From: Patescibacteria group bacterium
GTDB taxonomy: Bacteria > Patescibacteriota > Microgenomatia > UBA1400 > PJMF01
Assembly (NCBI GenBank): GCA_016861085.1
Contig: BOKR01000001.1
Span: 896,153 to 960,152 of the forward strand
Length of the DNA stretch: 64,000 nt
Reading direction: 5' to 3'
This document shows positions 58,193 through 64,000 of this stretch, one piece after another (position 1 is the first letter of the stretch; every line of letters starts with the position of its first letter). Both the position numbers and the translations under genes were made by a program. The notes under the pieces were generated by a model. That model searched no databases. It was not told where the DNA came from and worked only from the letters and a program-made list of their open reading frames with translations.

Positions 58193-58269
58193 ATTTCCTC
58201 TAGTCTACATCGTTACTAAAAATATTTACGTTTCTCAACAGATTTAAAAAAGTATTGTAACACGATCAA

Positions 58270-58614
58270 TCAGCGAACCACAGTTCCGGCTTCACACTCT
58301 GCTTCAGGTGTTAATAAGATAGCAGTTTCTGCCCCGGCAGCAATAATCATGCCTTGACTTTCAACCCCACGAAGATTTCGTGGTGCTAAATTCGCCAAAT
58401 ACACTACTGTTTTTCCAACTAACTCTTCTGGAGCATACCACTGTTTAATTCCTGAAGCGACTGTTCGCTGCCCCAATTCACCCACATCTAACGTTAGTTT
58501 TAACAACTTGTCAGCCCCTTCAATTGCTTCTGCTGCAAGAACTTTAGCGATCCTTAAATCAAGCTTTGCAAAATCATCATACTGAATAACATTGTTTTGA
58601 TTTTCATCTGTCAT
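58270..58614 (-). CDS. tRNA-binding OB-fold protein (MetRS C-terminal/Trbp111-like)
   Basis: [32 protein letters not shown]. Confidence 0.9.
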   Translation of the reverse strand: MTDENQNNVIQYDDFAKLDLRIAKVLAAEAIEGADKLLKLTLDVGELGQRTVASGIKQWYAPEELVGKTVVYLANLAPRNLRGVESQGMIIAAGAETAILLTPEAECEAGTVVR

Positions 58615-58627
58615 ATATTCCTTGCGT

Positions 58628-59614
58628 TTATCGTAACCCCATCTTCTCTCGTACTTCTCTGACTGTACCTTCTGCAATAATTCTTGATTTTTCTGCTCCC
58701 TCAAGTATCATCCTGTCAACAAATTCTGGATCTAACTCCAGTTCTTTTCGTTTTTCTTGGATTGGTCGTAGCTCTTCAAAGATAGCCTGAGCCAGTTCTT
58801 TTTTCAAATCTCCATATCGTACACCATTGCCTGTATATTGTGATTCATATTCTGCCCGCTTTGGTGAACCTTGGAACAGTTCTACAAATTGGAACAAATT
58901 AGCAACTCCACCGGTAGTCGGAACCACTTCACCCTGTCCGCTATCAGTTGGTGCCTTGCTTAACTTTTTCAAAATTGTATCTAGGTCATCATTCAAATCT
59001 ATTGCAGACCCTTCAACTGTTTTGCTCATTTTGCCTTCACCAAGCAATGAGGGAACATACTCCGCCTTTGTAGAGAATCGTTTTGGTTCTGGAAAATCCA
59101 TTCCAAACCGATCATTCATTCTGCGGGCAACTTCACGGGCCACTTCAAGGTGCGGCTCTTGGTCTATCCCAACGGGCACTAAACTAGCTTTGTAAATCAA
59201 AATATCTGCCGCCATAAGTAACGGATAGTTCAATAAGGCCATCGTCACATTATGTGGGTGTTGTCTTACTTTTTCCTTAAATGTAGGTAAATCCTGCATT
59301 CTGGCTACCGATTCCACAGAAGAAAAATAAAATGACAGCTGAGTAATCAAATCGGCCAAATCAGATTGAATTGTAATACCGCTTTTCTCTGGATCAAGTC
59401 CAACCGACAAATAATCAATATACACATCACGCGCGCTTTGTCGTAGAGTCTTTGCGTCATATGGAGTTGTAGTCGCGTGAATATCAACCACAGTAAAATA
59501 GGTTTCATACTCTGGATTATTCTGGAGTTCCAACATGCCTTTGGCAGCACCTAAGTAATTCCCCAAGTGCAAGCGTCCAGTTGGCCTCATTCCTGACAAC
59601 ACTCTTTTTTTCAT
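58628..59614 (-). CDS. trpS: Tryptophanyl-tRNA synthetase
   Basis: [36 protein letters not shown]. Confidence 0.96.
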   Translation of the reverse strand: MKKRVLSGMRPTGRLHLGNYLGAAKGMLELQNNPEYETYFTVVDIHATTTPYDAKTLRQSARDVYIDYLSVGLDPEKSGITIQSDLADLITQLSFYFSSVESVARMQDLPTFKEKVRQHPHNVTMALLNYPLLMAADILIYKASLVPVGIDQEPHLEVAREVARRMNDRFGMDFPEPKRFSTKAEYVPSLLGEGKMSKTVEGSAIDLNDDLDTILKKLSKAPTDSGQGEVVPTTGGVANLFQFVELFQGSPKRAEYESQYTGNGVRYGDLKKELAQAIFEELRPIQEKRKELELDPEFVDRMILEGAEKSRIIAEGTVREVREKMGLR

Positions 59615-59714
59615 AATAATTTCCTGTAGTTCGCAGTATGATTCAAAAACCACACAACTCCTTTATTCTACCAGGAGTTTTTCGTTTAATCTAAGGGAGA
59701 TTGATGTAGTTAAT

Positions 59715-61159
59715 TTAGTAATATTCGGGCATATCGACACTGGTTTGGTCGATTTGGAGATCTTGTACTTCCAAGTTGTCGCCGGTAATAGTAATTTCGT
59801 AAGATTTTGGCCAAACAACTCCAGTATCCGTGGCAGTTGCGGTGCCAACCCGTACCAAACGAATATTTTGACCATCTTTATTTTTTTGCTTCAAATCTCT
59901 ATCAACTGGTTTATGTAAATGACCCGCAAAAATATGAGTAATTCTTGAATTATCCAAAGGCAAATGTTTGATGACTTGGGCCTCTTCATGTGCAAGAACT
60001 GCTATCTTTTTCCCGGATTGTAAAGCCTCTTGAATTAATTCATTTTGTCTTTTTTCTTCAGATTCAATCCTGCCAAAAAAATCAACATATCTTTCAATCT
60101 GTACGTCAATTTGTGGATCAACCTCACCAACAACACTATCTCTTTTCTCCTTGAGCTTGTCAAATTTTTGTCTTTCTAAAGAAACGTTGTACCTCCAGAA
60201 ACTACTATAAAAATTAGTATTGATTGCTAAAACAGCATATCCTCCAACATATTGTAAAAAGATCGGTTTTCCAAATAGCTCCCTTTGAAAAAGTTCTGAC
60301 TCAAAGCTGTGATTATTGATATCAGCATCGTGGTTTCCGGAGAGCATAGCCATTATAGTCTTAAACTTATCTTTTGCTTTTCCAGCAACTTGCTTGGCAC
60401 TACCAATAAGTTCTAGTGTAGTCAGAGCAATATCACCCATGTTTGATTCAGTGTCACCCCTATCTCCAAAATCAACCAAAACATGTGGAGCAGTTACTTC
60501 TTGTGTCACCTTTTCCCTCACCCTTGCAGAATTGAACCCATAGTTACTCTCAACGCATCAACCTGCATCTTTGGTTTTTTCTCCAAACTCCAGTCTTCAT
60601 GCTCTTCCATGAGTGCCACAACTCTTTCTTCTCCTAATCTACCAAGTAGCTTATTTTTTGCGAAACTTTTTATTCCTTTTTTAGTGTTAATTTCCTCGAC
60701 GAGAGCTTTGTAATCTCTTCCCAGAAAACCAATAATCATTGACTCAACTAAGTGTTTTTTAGGCTGAAAAGCTAACGCTTCAATATACTTGTACGGAAAC
60801 TTATTTCTATGATAGATAGAATTTTCTGGGTTACTACCCAATTGGTGAACATCTCCAAAAGCAAACATGACTAGCTCCTGTAAATCATCACCAAATGGAT
60901 TGATTTCTTTTGAGACTAATAAACCTGCTTCTCTTGCCGCAGCAGTCTCATTTCGAGCTTCTTGAACTACAGCTAAATCTTGTTCCAAAGTAGGGATATC
61001 TGATTCACCCTTATCTGGTCTGGTTAGGGTAACATTTTTTGTGAATTGCTCTGGAGGTTGGCGATTTCTTTGCAGATATTTCACTTGCCACTCAATAATT
61101 CTATCACTGAGTGTCTTTTTCACCTTTGTTTGCGGTGATTGTTCTGCCCTGAGAATCAT
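59715..61159 (-). pseudogene. Calcineurin-like metallophosphoesterase split into two ORFs (60518-61159 and 59715-60521)
   Basis: Motif I (GDVH) is in the first ORF; GDRGD, GNHD, AHE and GHLH are in the second. The ORFs overlap by GTGA. Confidence 0.6.
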
Positions 61160-61175
61160 ATTCCTCTATTGTAAC

Positions 61176-61200
61176 AAAAAACTCCCCTTTCAGGGAGTTT
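61176..61200 (-). terminator. Intrinsic terminator
   Basis: AAACTCCC/GGGAGTTT stem with a T run on the - strand. Confidence 0.65.
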
Positions 61201-61208
61201 AACAATAT

Positions 61209-61589
61209 TTATCGCTTTTTGGAAAAATATGCGTTATTTGGTGTTAAATCTTTGTTGAACCAAGGAGGTATAACTAACTTAATTCCCGCCCTTTGTAAAG
61301 CATCTACAATAACTTGTCTTTGAGATTGAGTTGCAGCTGACGCACCATCGCATCTTGGGATACCATATTCCTCAGCGTAACTTCTGCTGGGAACTACACC
61401 AGCAGCCATTAGTATTGCAGGAAAAGTGAAATATGATGTTTCAACACCACAATATCCATTGTCTACATCCCCGAGAGCATCCAAAATTCGAACATAGTGC
61501 GGAATACCAAATGTTGTTTTCAACATCCGCTCAAAATAACCAAAAATCAGTTCATTACGTTCGGCTGTCTCAATTAACATTCGCTTCAT
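61209..61589 (-). CDS. Hypothetical protein
   Basis: 126-aa ORF between the recombinase and a terminator. Confidence 0.5.
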   Translation of the reverse strand: MKRMLIETAERNELIFGYFERMLKTTFGIPHYVRILDALGDVDNGYCGVETSYFTFPAILMAAGVVPSRSYAEEYGIPRCDGASAATQSQRQVIVDALQRAGIKLVIPPWFNKDLTPNNAYFSKKR

Positions 61590-61610
61590 ATGAAAAGATA
61601 ATGCTATTTA

Positions 61611-62477
61611 TTACAACTCTTCAATACGAATTGTTGGTTCCATTTCTGGAGCCTCAATCAGTTTGAGATATTTTTCAGTTGTAGTAATGCGTTTGTGACC
61701 TACTAATTGGGAGACATACACTAAAGGTGTGCCAGCACGGAGCTGTTCAACAATAAAGGTGTGACGCAAGTCATTAACTTTTGCACCTTTAATGCCCGCT
61801 AGTCTAAAATATCTATCAATAGCAGTTCTGATGTTACGAACTAAAAATGGTCTGCAAGTTTTGGTCAAGAACACAGTCTTTTCTCGAGCTCTTGGTCTTG
61901 CTTGCATATAATCCGTAATTGCATTTTTTGCTGCAGTATTCAAAGGAACTTTTCGAGCACCTCTGGAATTTTGCGCTTGAATGGAAATGACGTTACGTTC
62001 GAAATCAATATCAGTTAATTGCAAAGAAGCAAGTTCAGAAATTCTCATGCCAGTTTGAAGTAAGACTTCAACAACAGCTGACATACGAATATCGCCTCTA
62101 CATGCATCTCTTAAAGCTCTATATTCAATTTTTGATAGAACTCTTGGAGGAGCTTGATCATATTTTGGATGAGAGATGACTTCAGCAGGGTTGCTTGCAA
62201 TTTCACCTTCACCAATTAAGAATCTGAAAAAAGCTTTAATAGAGTTAATTTTTCTTGAGATTGATTTACCAGTATATCTTTGTTTGTTCAATAATACCTT
62301 GAACTCATCAATATCTTCAGAAACGATCTCATCAATTTGAGATTTTCCAAGTTTAGTTACAAAATCAATTAGTTGCTCTACGTCTTTACTATACGCAATG
62401 ACGGTAGCATTTGCTTTGCCCGCCTTTTTAAGACTATCAGTAAAGAGCGCTTGTGCGTCCAATAATGTTTTACTCAT
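61611..62477 (-). CDS. XerC/XerD-like tyrosine recombinase
   Basis: N-terminal binding domain (SISRKINSIKAFF), TGMRISEL, NDLRHTF, LVGH, TTEKY. Confidence 0.88.
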   Translation of the reverse strand: MSKTLLDAQALFTDSLKKAGKANATVIAYSKDVEQLIDFVTKLGKSQIDEIVSEDIDEFKVLLNKQRYTGKSISRKINSIKAFFRFLIGEGEIASNPAEVISHPKYDQAPPRVLSKIEYRALRDACRGDIRMSAVVEVLLQTGMRISELASLQLTDIDFERNVISIQAQNSRGARKVPLNTAAKNAITDYMQARPRAREKTVFLTKTCRPFLVRNIRTAIDRYFRLAGIKGAKVNDLRHTFIVEQLRAGTPLVYVSQLVGHKRITTTEKYLKLIEAPEMEPTIRIEEL

Positions 62478-62576
62478 ATAAACCTATGTATTCTAACGTT
62501 CTCACGATATACTTGATATGTTCGTAAGCACTGAATTTTGATTACTAATGTCTTATAATATCATAAGTTTGGATTT

Positions 62577-62963
62577 ATGACAATAACCAAGATACTCACT
62601 CATCCCATTACCATTGTAAGTATTACTATTATAGCTACCATGTTTTTCTTTTCTCTTGATAAAAGTGGAAAAAAAACACAAAACTCTTCTGAGAATATTC
62701 GCGTCCTAGAGCATGAAGTAAATCAGGTGTCGCAAGAAATTATAGAACTCGAGAAAAAAATTGAACAAACACAGTCCGAACAGTTTAAAGAAAAAGTTGT
62801 ACGCAACGAACTTTTACTACAAAAACCGGGAGAATATGTTCTCCAAATATCTGAAATTAAAGAAAGTGGGCAAAGCCAAGATTGCGCCTCACTCGATTGC
62901 AAAACTGAGTCTAATTCAAAAAAGGAGTCACCCGCTTCCGCCTGGATAGAACTTTTGTTCTAG
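62577..62963 (+). CDS. Septum formation initiator family protein (FtsB/DivIC-like)
   Basis: TM, coiled coil, EKVVRNELLLQKPGE. Confidence 0.75.
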   Translation: MTITKILTHPITIVSITIIATMFFFSLDKSGKKTQNSSENIRVLEHEVNQVSQEIIELEKKIEQTQSEQFKEKVVRNELLLQKPGEYVLQISEIKESGQSQDCASLDCKTESNSKKESPASAWIELLF

Positions 62964-63028
62964 TTATATTTCCACACACTAGAGAATTATTATTGATATA
63001 AACTATATCTTGAAGCTGATACTCATTG

Positions 63029-63102
63029 TACCAGGGGTGAGAGTTGAACTCACGACCTTGGGTTTATGAATCCCATGCTCTAACCAACTGAGCTACCCTG
63101 GC
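63029..63102 (-). tRNA. tRNA with CAT anticodon (elongator Met or Ile2); CCA not encoded
   Basis: GCCAGGG TAGCTCAGTTGGTTAGAGC...TTCATAA...GTGAG TTCAACT CTCAC CCCTGGT A cloverleaf. Confidence 0.9.
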
Positions 63103-63153
63103 ACGTTTCTGCGTCATTTATTGAGCGCTAGAGGACATTATTATACCAGATTT

Positions 63154-63182
63154 TTGACTTTTGCCTATAAAAAGTTTATAAT
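63154..63182 (+). promoter_or_regulatory. Sigma70 promoter for the initiator tRNA
   Basis: TTGACT-N17-TATAAT. Confidence 0.8.
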
Positions 63183-63252
63183 ACAAGCTTGTTGTTGGTA
63201 AAGAGAAAATAATTTTCCCTAAACAAACGAAACATTTAACATAACAACACCG

Positions 63253-63321
63253 CGCGGGGTAGTGTACGGTGCACGTGAGGCTCATAATCTCACAGGCCGG
63301 GTTCGACTCCCGGCCCCGCAA
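63253..63321 (+). tRNA. Initiator tRNA-fMet (CAT), compact and atypical; CCA not encoded
   Basis: CGCGGGG/CCCCGCA acceptor stem with a C1:A72 mismatch, CTCATAA loop, CCGGG-TTCGACT-CCCGG T arm. Confidence 0.85.
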
Positions 63322-63325
63322 CACT

Positions 63326-63363
63326 AAAAAAAACACACTTGGTAAAACAAGTGTGTTTTTTTT
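63326..63363 (+). terminator. Intrinsic terminator after tRNA-fMet
   Basis: AAAAAAACACACTTG/CAAGTGTGTTTTTTT stem. Confidence 0.8.
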
Positions 63364-63379
63364 GAGCTATACTAGAACA

Positions 63380-64000
63380 ATGCAGATCAAAATAAATTTT
63401 GTTTTTCTTTTCTTTTTTGCATATTTTCTTCTTGGAACTTCGCTTTTTACACAATATGGAATTTCCTGGGACGAGCCATACCAAAGACAACTTGGCTATG
63501 TAAATTTTGAATATATTCGAGGTGATCAATCATTGTTAACATTTACCGACAGATACTATGGACCTGCCTTTGAACTGCCACTCGTTATTATTGAGCGTGT
63601 ACTAGGAATAACTGATACTCAAACTATTTATTACCTGAGACACTATTTCACATTTTTGCTTTTTTTTGGTTCAACAGTTATCTATTATTTTCTCAATAAG
63701 AAGCTATTTAAATCAAGAAAGATAGCAATACTTGGGGCTTTCTTTCTTATTCTCAACCCCAGAACTTTTTCTGATAGTTTTTACAACTCAAAAGATATTC
63801 CACTCCTGGCCATGTTCATTATTTCTAGCTACTCCATGGTACTTTTTCTTGAAAGAAAGGACAAAAAATCACTTTTTTTTCATAGCCTGGCATCCGCACT
63901 TGTAATAGCTACAAGAATAATTGGTGGTCTTATTCCAGTCATAACTGTTTTAGTTTTTTTAGCTACGAAGAAAAAAACAAAGAGCAACTTATTTCGACTC
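63380..64000 (+). CDS. GT-C (ArnT/PMT, GT39-like) membrane glycosyltransferase (runs off the window edge)
   Basis: Not in the ORF track. Manual translation MQIKINF...YGISWDEP...YYGPAF...NPR...FYNSKDIP, open to the window end, multiple TMs. Confidence 0.8.
   Translation, partial: MQIKINFVFLFFFAYFLLGTSLFTQYGISWDEPYQRQLGYVNFEYIRGDQSLLTFTDRYYGPAFELPLVIIERVLGITDTQTIYYLRHYFTFLLFFGSTVIYYFLNKKLFKSRKIAILGAFFLILNPRTFSDSFYNSKDIPLLAMFIISSYSMVLFLERKDKKSLFFHSLASALVIATRIIGGLIPVITVLVFLATKKKTKSNLFRL

Noticed and set aside
59615-59714. T-box leader for trpS
   Set aside because: The region is too short and has no T-box consensus; only a small hairpin (59656-59679) is present.
60518-60520. TGA readthrough or genetic code 25 explaining the split phosphoesterase
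   Set aside because: The same frame hits TGA and TAA again within a few codons and the continuation is in another frame. TGA also ends conserved genes such as sufC and sodA.
61611-63321. Integrase next to tRNAs as an integrative element
   Set aside because: The recombinase is Xer-sized with native composition, a cell-division gene lies between it and the tRNAs, and no duplicated tRNA 3' end (att site) was noticed.
1572-63529. Numerous short ORFs in the track that overlap longer genes or tRNAs (e.g. 9557-9859, 22432-22860, 40837-41196, 63118-63336, 63290-63529)
   Set aside because: They are antisense or alternate-frame shadows of well-supported genes and have no recognisable motifs.
1-64000. 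CRISPR array, transposase or prophage
   Set aside because: No regularly spaced direct repeats and no cas, transposase or phage structural genes were seen.

Overview
An AT-rich bacterial chromosome segment read with the standard bacterial code (TGA acts as a stop), with most genes on the - strand. The streamlined gene content (N-terminally truncated IF2, short HrcA, stand-alone 5'-3' exonuclease, protease-less Lon ATPase, mini-SufD) suggests a Patescibacteria/CPR genome, probably Microgenomates; this is inference. Housekeeping blocks: ftsK, rnj, udg, rpe-rpiB, a sodA/NUDIX/sufCBDSU/ferredoxin cluster, pnp, rpsO, nusA-infB, hrcA-grpE-dnaK-dnaJ with four CIRCE-like operators, ftsH, trpS, a Xer-type recombinase and two CAT-anticodon tRNAs. 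No CRISPR array, transposase or prophage was seen. The two most interesting regions are GC-elevated inserts that share one leader design (sigma70 promoter, AU-rich hairpin, boxA). The first is a four-gene operon at 43025-45998 (-): an unannotated 52-aa peptide, a PTP-family phosphatase, a radical-SAM-like enzyme with an atypical CxxCxxC motif, and a fused phosphonopyruvate/sulfopyruvate-type ThDP decarboxylase. The second is a ~260-nt multi-hairpin RNA at 21575-21834 (+) preceding a foreign-looking surface protein. Many native genes look leaderless, and the initiator tRNA is atypical. All family calls come from motif recognition by eye; no database searches or folding programs were run. Where stated, start codons were adjusted from the supplied ORF track.
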